A stretch of 64,000 nt of DNA from assembly GCA_951804945.1 (NCBI GenBank), contig OX638160.1:27156001-27220000 (forward strand), in the 5' to 3' direction. How positions within the stretch are numbered: position 1 is the stretch's first letter; each line of letters begins with the position of its first letter. Of the stretch, positions 1 through 10,412 are shown piece by piece. The DNA is from Podarcis cretensis. Taxonomy: Eukaryota. The notes beneath the pieces were generated by a model that was not told where the DNA came from, made no database searches, and saw nothing but the letters and a program-made list of their open reading frames with translations. Position numbers and translations under genes: made by a program.

Positions 1-639
1 GGGAAGGGAAGTTGGCAATGTCTCTGTAGGTCTAGGCTCCCCACCCGCTAGTCATGTATGTAACCAAGAAATGATCTGTATGTTGCACTAGCTATAGAGA
101 TGCCAATCCAATCTACCAAAGTTCCAATGCTCTTTTTTAGTGCTGTGACAAAAAAAATTTCTGCATTTTTTTTACCATTCGCCATTAGTTAATGAGAGAA
201 AAAAATATTACTAATGGGAAGAGAAAGCTTCAGCAAATTATCCAGAAGTTATCTGGGCCTAAGGATTTCTTCACAGGGAGTCCAACCCCATCCAGAACGG
301 ATACTCCCCAACTCCTGGACATGTCAGTCATTCACTCAAAAAGTCTTTGACAGTTTTCAGATGTGGGGGGTTATTGTGTTGGTTTTACTAGTCGTAATAG
401 TTTAAGCATATCTAATTATTTTATGTGTGTGTGTGTGTGATTGGACAGACTAAAAGTAAATATTTAGGCTTTAAAGGTGGGACTTTGATGTAAGGGCCTC
501 TGTGCAGGACCAGAAAACCCGTTAACAAGGCTCATATTTTTATTTGCAATTAAAACAAATAGTAGTTTGTAATTATTTTGTGTTACTTGTTACAGCCTTC
601 TTAGTTGGAAAACTTTATGTATTTGTATTTAACAGCTGA

Positions 640-1008
640 GGGATGCAGGTGGCGCTGTGGGTTAAAGCCTCAGCGCCTAGGACTTGCCGATCGAAAGGTT
701 GGCGGTTTGAATCCCTGCGGCGGGGTGCGCTCCCGCTGCTCGGTCCCAGCGCCTGCCAACCTAGCAGTTCGAAAGCACCTCCGGGTGCAAGTAGATAAAT
801 AGGGACCGCTTACCAGCGGGAAGGTAAACGGCGTTTCCGTGTGCGGCTCTGGCTTGCCAGAGCAGCGATGTCACGCTGGCCACGTGACCCGGAAGTGTCT
901 CCGGACAGCGCTGGCCCTTGGCCTCTTAAGTGAGATGGGCGCACAACCCCAGAGTCTGTCAAGACTGGCCCGTACGGGCAGGGGTACCTTTACCTTTACC
1001 TTTACCTT
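640..1008 (+). mobile_element. Sauria SINE, full length
   Basis: tRNA-like head with A box (GGTGGCGCTGTGG) and B box (GGTTTGAATCC); diagnostic core CCTGCCAACCTAGCAGTTCGAAAGCA...GTAGATAAATAGG; (ACCTTT)4 tail; ~13-bp TSD tatttaacag(c/t)tg at 626-638 and 1009-1021. Confidence 0.93.
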
Positions 1009-1907
1009 TATTTAACAGTTGTGTCTCTAACTTTGGACACTGACATTTATCTGAGAATTTTGCAGGAAACTAGGTTTCTTCAACCACTGGGGAAACTGAC
1101 TAATTTCTCATAAGGCTGTATGGAAAATACTTAAGATGTAGACAAAAGATTAATTGAAGAGAAATTAATGGTTCCATTTTTGGAATCTAAGCAGGAATGC
1201 CCTCCCCTTGAACTTTGGAGGCTGCTGAAATATATCCATGTCAGAAGGCGGAGGGATGCAACGTTTTCAGTCAGATTGTTTTGTCAAATAAATTTTTATT
1301 AGTTTTCCAATATTTTCAGTCAGATTCTTGCCTGTGATAGAGAACAGCCTCTGCATGCATGGCTCTTCCCTCTTTCAAATTTGGAACTGTTTTTAAAATA
1401 TCTTACTGCTAAACAAACAAGCTTTTCCTACCTCCAACCCGCTCATTTTATGATCTCCCTGGCTGTTAAGTTATTTTCTGAAGTGAAAGGTAAAGAGATG
1501 GGCACTTCTTTAAAAGGCTTATTATGTGCTCTAATTTTAGAGTAGAAAATAAATAATAGTGTTAGTTGTAGAGATGCACGGGCACTTAAATGTTGCCTTT
1601 GTTGACAAAATAAATAGGAGCGGAGGCCCATATCTTTACAGTTGTCCTTCGTGAACTTTACACAGTGAAGTAAGCCATTTAAAAACATTTCTAAATGTTT
1701 TTAATGATACGTAAATAAAATTAAATGTGCATTTAAGCTGACGCAAGGCACATGTGGGGTTTGGGGTTTGTTTGTTTTTTTAATTCATTGTTTTTAAAAA
1801 GGCTTCCTGAGGTGGTGTTATTTTACCCTCTTAAGGTGTTCTAATCTGTTCTTTGAAAAGGTTAAAAATACCCCAGAGGCTGTTTCTGAGGTAAAGTGCA
1901 TAGGTGC

Positions 1908-1930
1908 GGGGGGGGGGGGGGGGAGGGGAG
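1908..1930 (+). repeat. Poly-G / G-run tract with G-quadruplex potential
   Basis: G16 followed by AGGGGAG. Confidence 0.85.
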
Positions 1931-1974
1931 TTTACACACAAGTGTTGTCTCCTTTGTAATGGGAAACACCCCTC

Positions 1975-2154
1975 ATGAATTCTCAGGACATGAAGCTCCC
2001 CCTCAGCCCTTCTGTTTCAGAAGAGGTATGTGATTCAAGGGCAGGGGAATCATCCACCATCTTGAGTTCTGTAGCAGAGGGACCAGATGCCATTTTCAGC
2101 GAGGTGTCTGAACCCTCTGTTGGAAAACCTGAGGAATGCAGTAAAGAAATCAGC
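1975..2154 (+). other. Candidate unannotated coding exon (acidic, Ser-rich, 56-60 aa) ending at a phase-0 GTAAGT donor
   Basis: ATG at 1975, or CAG|GAC acceptor giving a start at 1987. Open to AGC|gtaagt at 2154/2155 and phase-compatible with CDK14 exon 5616. No expression evidence. Confidence 0.4.
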
Positions 2155-4879
2155 GTAAGTCTATAATACATAAATAAGACCCAGCCTTTTCCTGGTCATT
2201 TGAAGTAACTGCTGTTCTTTCGTCCTTTAATTCAAATTACAACCACTCATTCAGAAGCCTTGCATATCCTACAAGCATGGATTGAGATATTGGGGGGGGG
2301 GGTAATAATTTTTGCACCCTCTACAGCCACCTTTAAAAAATGAGAGTTGATCAAATCTTGCATGTGTCTCCTTCTGGGTTCTTCATAACAGTATACAGTG
2401 CTTTGTAGAAGGGCTAAGTATATTGGGTGCTGAATAGTGAATTCCACAGGTCCTTAGGCCTGTTTTCCTATTTATATATATGTACCTGTCTGAAAAAGTT
2501 GCATCAGGGATTATTATTATTATTATTATTTGCTGTATTGAATAATGTGAAGATCAAAACAGGGATTGCTTGATAAATAATATATACAAATGGTCAAACA
2601 TATACAAATGGTCATGGGAATTAAGTAGTTAATTAATCAGTTAACAGTTTAAAAAGTTTGAGAAACTTTTGACTAACTGGTTAACATTTTCAGCTGTCAA
2701 CTTTTTGACGTATACTAGCGAAAAATTACAAGCAAAGTATTTGGTTGAAAATTAAAATCTGGCTTTCACAGAATTTTCCTTTCACGGTCGTTTTCTAGCG
2801 CTCTGGAACAACATTGTTATTTTCAAACTCTAATACTTGTTTATGAGAAAGGTAGTGATGTTTGTTTTTATGAGATACCATGAGGTTCCATGAGATTCAA
2901 GCTGGTGTTTCAGGGCAGCCAATAGTAGAGAAAAAAGCAGAACAGGAGTGGGAGCCATTTCTGCTACTAAATTGTTAGCTCCCATAAAATATTTGAGCAA
3001 ATAAAGCAGACTTAATTTTCAAATGTATATAAACCTCTGATTTATGTCAGTGGAATTTCGTGATAAAGATTATTTCAGAATTCTGGACATTTTGGAGTAG
3101 TGCTACGATTCCTGAGATTCGTCATCATTGCAAAGCAAAATACATACATAGTGGTATTTGTTGAAATAAATGTGTGTTTTAAGAAATGTTTGCTAAAATA
3201 CCCCTTTGCATACTATAAAAGTGCTCTTTTTAGAGTTGATCTGCCAGTGAAAATTGATCCTTAAAAAAAATGTACTGTGTCCTTCTGGTACAGGCAGCCT
3301 AGTCCTCAAAAGCATCTCCTGCCCCTAGTGATTCTGTGTCTTAATGGAAAAGAAACCCACTCACTGCATTTGGGGAAAAAATAATGCTGTTGGGCAAATT
3401 CAACATGCTTCATGCATTACTCATGAATCAGCTTAACTTTTAGCTAGTTATTCTCTTTTTAGAACTTTTAGCTAGTTGAAAGTAGCAATTTTTAATTTAC
3501 AGGTTAACTCAAATTAATCTAGGGAGTAACCATTGAGGAACCTTGTTATCTTTGGTTCATATTTAAATCCTGGATTATGAGTACAAGATGAGATGATCAT
3601 GCTGTAACAAACATTTCTGTTATTAAAACTAAAGGGCTAAATGTCATTAGCCACAAATGACATAGTGACTACCAGGCAACCCTGTGCCCTGTTCACAGGG
3701 TTGCCACTGGTTCTCAAATCCAGCATTGAGACTCACAGTGTTCAGTAGCTAATTGGCATGTGGAACAGGACCTTAAAGAAAAATATTGAGTACTTTTCCA
3801 GTATTCTGTAGCTGTTGCTAACAGTCACTGTATTTCTTAGAACTAGTCTAATATGAGTAATTTCAGTGATAGACAAATAATAAATATTTAGTTGAACAAG
3901 CCAGCGTGCTTAGCAATTGGCCAGAGTTATTTGTAAACCAGAATACCTATTTCATATACAGTGCTAATCCAGGATTATTTGAAATGTATCCCAGGACAGA
4001 AAATAATGTAAAATGTACAAAAATGTTATGTTTTTATCTCCTCGAAAGGACATGTAAAGTGAGAGGGATAGTAGGGAGACCCAAAGGCTAATTTTAGATG
4101 CATGGGGTGGTGTATTCATCTAGTCAATTAAGAGGAAAAGACAATCATATCAAAAGTCCAGTGTTTCATGATGTTTTTCTTTGACAACCAGGAGTTGCTA
4201 TATTGGTTAAGATTATGTTTTACTTTAAAAGGGTGAGGCCAAGACGGAGAAGTATGGTTTGAAGATGAAAGCAAGCAAACTAGGAGTTCACCGGCAACCA
4301 ATGCCCAAGCGCCCACAGAAACCTAGATTTGACCCTGGTTTTTATGCCCACATCTTTCTAGCCTGGGAAGCAAAATGTATTATTGCAGTAGAAGAACACA
4401 TTGCAGTCCTTCAAAAGCACTTCAGGAGAGTGCAGAGCAGGGCTGCTAAACCTTAGGAAGGAAATACGGCCTAGGGCAAAGTTGAGTGGCTTGGACCATA
4501 GGTTCCCTTCCCCAACTTGTCAAGAAACATTTGAAATAAATGTTTAGAAATCAATTCATGCTCAAAAACTTGGCTTTGATTCCCCATCCCGTTAATGTAT
4601 CAAAGCTTTTCGCAATGTTCTGGTTGCCTTGAGAACGAAGGACTTCATTGTTATATGCCAAGGACAATGATAAGTTCCATCTAAATATGAGCACTCCAGA
4701 TGATCAATGCTGATTTTAACAGTATCTCTGGAGATATTGGAAAGTGTTAGTTCATACAGTATGAAATTTGGATTTGCTGCCTACTGAGCAAGTTTATAGC
4801 ATTTACATATACATTGCTAAATGGCTTGTGACCCAACTATCCGATGGAGTGCTTGTCCCTGTACCAGCTAACCCAGACA

Positions 4880-5230
4880 TAGAGGTCAGCGGAGTGGGCC
4901 CTAGACAGTGATCTATCAACAGGGATGGGTTTCTGTAGTGGTGCCTGATTGTGGTATTCCCTTCCCCTGGTGGAGTGGTTGGTTTCTTATTTTGTTGGGC
5001 TTCTGGTGCCAGATAAAAACACATCTGTCATCAAGACCTTTGGAGGAGCTGATTAGACTACTCAGGGCCTGGAGTACAGGGATTATTGTGTCTGCTGATG
5101 TGCTTCTGTTTGTTTCCCTTTTTTCACATTTTGGTTTTACTGTTTGAAATGGTTAATTTATTTGTATTTTATAATTGTAAACTGGGACACACCCAGATGA
5201 ACAGTGGTTTAGAAGTTCAATTAATAATAA
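4880..5230 (+). mobile_element. Degenerate L2-type LINE 3' end
   Basis: Resembles the L2 ORF2 terminus (gggtttctgtagtggtgcctgattgtgg...gccagataaaaacacatct), followed by a T-rich UTR and an aataataa tail. Confidence 0.5.
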
Positions 5231-5615
5231 AAAAATTACTTTGGTTATGCTGTCTAGTGAATAAAGCATGCTCAATTGGACATCTTGGTACAGCTGTTCT
5301 TTAATCTCATCTTTACAGAAATTCTGCAACAAATCCAAATTTCATTCTTCTGCATGGGCTAAGTCTTTCTGACAACTCCACTGATATAGGAATACTGTTG
5401 AAATAGGCAGTGACCATCTGGAGCGCTGAGTGATATTTAAATGGATATCGTTAGACATTGCCCTTGGTACCTGACAATGTCAGGCATTATATATCCAAAG
5501 TATAATCTCATTAGTTTTGGTAATAACAGTTGTTCTTCATAGGGTTGGCTCAACACAGTTAATGGTAGTGTGTGAGTGCTGAAAATTTTATCTCTCCGTT
5601 TCTTTTCTTACTTAG

Positions 5616-5710
5616 CCAACAAGTCCCAAGTTTGGAAAAGCAGACTCTTATGAAAAACTGGAAAAACTGGGAGAAGGCTCATATGCCACAGTATATAAAG
5701 GGAAAAGCAA
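5616..5710 (+). CDS. CDK14: CDK14 exon (95 nt): [31 protein letters not shown](K), Gly-rich loop
   Basis: Polypyrimidine tract and cttag|CCA acceptor; AA|gtaagt donor; phase 0 to 2. Missed by the ORF track, which reads another frame. Confidence 0.96.
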
Positions 5711-8081
5711 GTAAGTACATTTTTATCATGTACATTTACATACTTGTGATGCAGACCAGCTGCTTCATAAACAATTCCACTATTTTAAAATAAAATATAT
5801 TGTGAGGTAGGAGTAGTAAGTAACCATTTTGAATTGTTTTTTAGATTGAACTTTAAATCTAGTGTTTTTAGTATGTAGAGAGAATGAAGAAGAGTATTCG
5901 ATACAAGCCTCTTCCCATTTCCCATTATTGTTGTGCTAAGTGTAGGATATTACTAAGTGCAGTAATGCCAAAAGAGCAATATTGGCAGGCCTGTGACCTA
6001 CAGTTATGTTTTGGAAGAAAATGCTTTTAGTTTTTTTGAACCATTTATATAACACTTTCAGTTCCAGTTGTGTTGTAGTATTGGTTTCTGGCTGCAGCCC
6101 ATTATTTTTCATAACTAAGAGGTTATACACAAAGTAAATTTTCAAGAGAAAAGCCAATTATTAGAAAAGTTTTATGTTAATGTTACTTTATCATAGTGAG
6201 GTGGTAGGTGTGCATCTGCCCATGTATGTCATGTATATACATATGTGGGCCCATTTCATGCAGCTGTTTGCCCACTCACCCAAAAAGAAGGAAAACTTTG
6301 TAAAAAAATGTGTCTGCACATGTCCAACTATCGGCACGTAGGGCATGCCTCAGTCTTACTTGGTGGGTGTTCTCATCTGCTTGCTTGAAATCAGACCACA
6401 TGCTAAATTGCAACATGCCTTTCCAAAGCCTTTCAGACCCATAAAACATAAAGGGAGGAAGCACAGCTCCAGCATGTTTTTTACATATGGCTTCTCTTGT
6501 CAGCCTGAAGTCAATAAAGAAACAGCATGGTTCTTTCCTTTTTAAATAAAAGGTTGCAAGTCAGTGTAAGCCTTTCCTCAGCTGAAGCTGGTGGAGCTGG
6601 AGAAGTGAAGGTCCTAGACAAGAATATATGGGGACAGAGACTGGTTGTGGGGGAACAGAGGAGGAAGGCCATGGAAGTTAAGGATAAAGAATATGTGTTT
6701 CATTTGATAGGAAGCTTTGGGAAAAGCATTGTCTGGTCTGAATTAATAGGGTGATGAAAGCTTTTTGTATCAGAGTTCTGGATAGAAGTAAGAAGACAAG
6801 AATAGACATAAGAGGAAAATACTGTAGTAATCAGGGTGGGCGATGTAACATTTCAACTATACACATCTTTTGTCTTGATTATATTAATTAGTCCAAAAGA
6901 TTATAAGAACTGTTATTCTTCTCAGGTTCTTTCCACTATAGTGGCCCTACAAACAATGGCTATTTAATAATCAAATGCTCAAGAGGTACGCATCAAGTAA
7001 ACCAGTCTGGATGGTGTCTGCTTATTAAACTTCTATCCCACCCTCCCGAAGGAGCCGAGGGTGGCAATCAAGGCAACAAAACAAAGCAATTGAAAATAAA
7101 GAAATCTAAAACATTTTTTAAAAAAATTAAGAACATCCAAAAACATGGAAAAAACTATTGGGAAATACTGATCAGATTACATTCCAAATAAATGTACTAG
7201 CAGATTTTAATAGGCTGTGTAGTTCATTTTCAGCATCTCAAATTATCCTTTATTGGCTGTAAGGAAATACTGTGATCGCCACATCTGCACGTTTCACAAA
7301 GCATGAGGGGATTTAGAATTGCATCAGTAGAAACAGCTGGAAAAGCAAAATCATACCAATATTGCTTTTAACTGAATCAGTTTGTTTTCAACTATCTGAA
7401 AACCTGATTGAATAACTATTCACCCCACACCCCCCAAAGGTATTTTAAAAATCTTAACAAAATTATTAGGTCAGTTCTTAATTCGTAATGATCGGTCATA
7501 TAAATAATAACAAAGGTCAGTCCTCAAGTTATCCATGATCAGTTGAATCTTGAAGCCTCTCTCAAATTACAGCAAAATTGTTCTATCCAAAAAGCTATGG
7601 GGAGGTGAATCATATAGCAGAGATACTCAGTGTTGTGAAGTAACCCAAAATTATTTAGAACTTATCAATCACAACTCACAGAAACATTGACAACTAGGGA
7701 GCAAGCATGTCAGCACATTTCACCCAAAAATAAAAAAAACTGCTTATAAGGGCACCTGCAAATTTTGCTTCATAAATTTCTTTTTATGAGGACTAGATAG
7801 ACCTACAATTTAAAAAATGAAAGCTCAGAATGTGGGGCGAATGAAATTCATTAGTTCATTACTCTAACTGTGTAAAGCATTTTATTGAATGCTATAATTT
7901 GGGATAAATACCTGAGATAAAGATTTGATAAGTTGAATATTTCAAAGCTGCTAGTATTTTGCTTTTATGGGTGGCAGAAGGTGGACCAGAGAAATAGGAT
8001 GTTCTGTACATAGAAAAACCTATTATTGAAATGTGCTAAACCTAATTTTGTTTGTGTAATGTTTTGTTTGCATTACTCCAG

Positions 8082-8161
8082 GGTAAATGGAAAGTTGGTG
8101 GCGCTAAAGGTGATTAGACTTCAAGAGGAGGAAGGCACTCCCTTTACAGCCATCAGGGAAG
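8082..8161 (+). CDS. CDK14: CDK14 exon (80 nt): VNGKLVALKVIRLQEEEGTPFTAIRE, catalytic Lys and PFTAIRE helix
   Basis: ctccag|G acceptor; GAAG|gtacac donor; phase 2 to 1. Confidence 0.97.
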
Positions 8162-9107
8162 GTACACTTGTTTCTTTATTTACTGCTCTTGGTTTTCTCT
8201 TCCTCCTTTGTAATTGCAACATACATCTTTTCAGCTTCTTGTTGCTGGAAAACCTTGGGTTTCTCAAATTATATGGTTATGTTTCTTGTAGGAGGAGGAT
8301 TGCTACTTAAAAACCAAAAGCACCCTGTTGTGTGGGAGTTGACATGAAATAAAACAAATCTGTGCTTCTTCATTGCTAGCTTATATAAGAACTGGTATCA
8401 GGTGTACATGACAGTATGTATGCATTTGCGGAGGTGCAGAAATGCCAGTGGGAGTTCACATTGTTGGTTAAGAGAATTGCTTGCTGTGAAGTAGCACCCT
8501 AACTGAGAATAAATTTCACTTGGCTGCAGTCCATTAATAGCTCATATGTTAAGTCACACAAAAGTACTGGAAAATATATAGAAGTGCAAGTTTCAAGAAG
8601 CAACCTCTGAAGTAGTGTGTATTGCTAGTTAGAAGATTAAAATTTGTGTTTAGAGGGTTTTACCATACATGTTCAGGACATGTGTCTCTAACCATGTCTA
8701 TAAGATACATCCCTGTGCTTGGGAAGTAAGTCCTTCTAGAACAGGAACGCTTGAGGGAATTTAGCTCAAATGTTGCTTTAGGGGTAGGGGTGGGGAACCT
8801 TTTTGGAGCACTTTGAAGTCCTGACTTTGACACTGAAAGTACCATGTATGCCTGAATCAGCAGGCTTCAAGCTCTACCATCTATCCCCTGTGTAGAGCTG
8901 AAGCCTACTTTCTACATTCATTGGATGCATGAGGGTTGTGCACCCAATCCGGCAGGCTTTGGTTCTGCTGCTGAACATTTTGGCACAATAAGCAAATATT
9001 GTACCTTAAAAATAGATTTATGTGTTGTGTTCTGAATCAGCAACATTCCTTCTAGGGCTCAATTTTCAGTCTGATTTGCATAGTCAGTTTGATAGCTTAA
9101 TAGAAGT

Positions 9108-10220
9108 GTTGTTGTTGTTTAGTTGTTCAGTCGTGTCCGACTCTTCGTGACCCCATGGACCAGAGCACGCCAGGCACTCCTGTTTTCCACTGCCTCCCGC
9201 AGTTTGGTCAAACTCATGTTCGTAGCTTCGAGAACACTGTCCTCTATCGTCCCCTTCTCCTTGTGCCCTCCATCTTTCCCAACATCAGGGTCTTTTCCAG
9301 AGAGTCTTCTCTTCTCATGAGGTGGCCAAAGTATTGGAGCCTCAGCTTCATGATCTGTCCTTCCAGTGATCACTCAGGGCTAATTTCCTTAAGAATGGAT
9401 GCGTTTGATCTTCTTGCAGTCCATGGGACTCTCAAGAGTCTCCTCCAGCACCATAATCCAAAAGCATCCATTCTTTGGCAATCAGCCTTCTTTATGGTCC
9501 AGCTCTCACTTCCATACATCACTACTGGGAAAACCATGGCTTTAACTATACGGACCTTTGTTGGCATGGTGATGTCTCTGCTTTTTAAGATGCTGTCTAG
9601 GTTTGCCATCACCTTTCTCCCAAGAAGCGGGCGTATTTTAATTTCGTGACTGCTGTCACCATCTGCAGTGATCATAGAGCCTAAAAAAGTAAAATCTCTC
9701 ACTGCCTCCATTTCTTCCTCTTCTGTTTGCCAGGTGATGGGACCAGTGGCCATGATCTTTGTTTTTTTGATGTTGAGCTTCAGACCATATTTTGCACTCT
9801 CCTCTTTTATGCTCATTAAAAGGTTCTTTAATTCCTCCTCACTTTCTGCCATCAAGGTTGTGTCATCTGCATATCTGAGGTTGTTGATATTTCTTCCGGT
9901 GATCTTGGGATTCATCCAGCCCAGCCTTTCGCATGATGAATTCTGCATATAAGTTAAATAAGCAGGGAGACAATATACAGCCTTGCCGTACTCCTTTCCC
10001 AATTTTGAACCAATCAGTTGTTCCATATCCAGTTCTAACTGTAGCTTCTTGTCCCACATAGAGATTTCTCAGGAGACAGATAAGGTGATCAGGAACTCCT
10101 ATTTCTTTAAGAACTTGCCATAGTTTGCTGTGGTCGACACAGTCAAAGGCTTTTGCATAGTCAATGAAGCAGAAGTAGATGTCTTTCTGGAACTCTCTAG
10201 CTTTCGCCATAATCCAACAC
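9108..10220 (-). mobile_element. Bov-B (RTE) LINE, 3' portion with decayed reverse transcriptase
   Basis: Minus-strand ORFs give FIDYAKAFDCVDH, GVRQGCILSPCLFN, NNLRYADDTTLMAESEEELK, WCWRRLLRVPWTARRSN and VHGVTKSRTRL. Frameshift near 9905, premature TGA at 9370-9372, (CAA)n tail. Confidence 0.95.
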
Positions 10221-10412
10221 ATGGATCACTGACTTGCCGTGGTGAAGGGGCTTGAATAACTCAGAGAAGCTATGAGCTATGCCGTGCAGGGCCACCCAAG
10301 TTGGACAGGTCATAGTGGAGAATTTTGACCAAACGTGATCCACCTGGAGCAGGAACTGGCAAGCCACTCCAGTATCCCTGCCAAGAAAACTCCATGGACA
10401 AAGACAACAGGC
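10221..10412 (+). mobile_element. Bov-B 5' (Bov-A-like) segment, inverted relative to the RT segment, same insertion
   Basis: TGGATCACTGACTTGCCGTGGTGAAGGGGCTTG...GCCACTCCAGTATCCCTGCCAAGAAAACTCCATGGACA resembles the recalled Bov-B 5' region. The TSD AATAGAAGT at 9099-9107 and 10413-10421 encloses both parts. Confidence 0.85.

Noticed and set aside
214-405. ORF MGRESFSKLSR... resembling the CDK14 N-terminal SESFSRIA
   Set aside because: Only about 4 matching residues, and no donor or phase that chains to other exons; chance.
640-720. tRNA gene
   Set aside because: The A and B boxes belong to the SINE head; there is no full cloverleaf.
605-802. Similar ORFs at 605-802 and 36750-36938 suggesting a duplicated peptide
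   Set aside because: Both are translations of Sauria SINE sequence.
1195-1669. Further donor-like sites (1239/1240, 1489/1490, 1669/1670)
   Set aside because: Weak acceptors and inconsistent phases; no coherent exon chain.
9123-9952. Long plus-strand ORFs (164 aa, 94 aa, 65 aa)
   Set aside because: Antisense shadows of the Bov-B RT.
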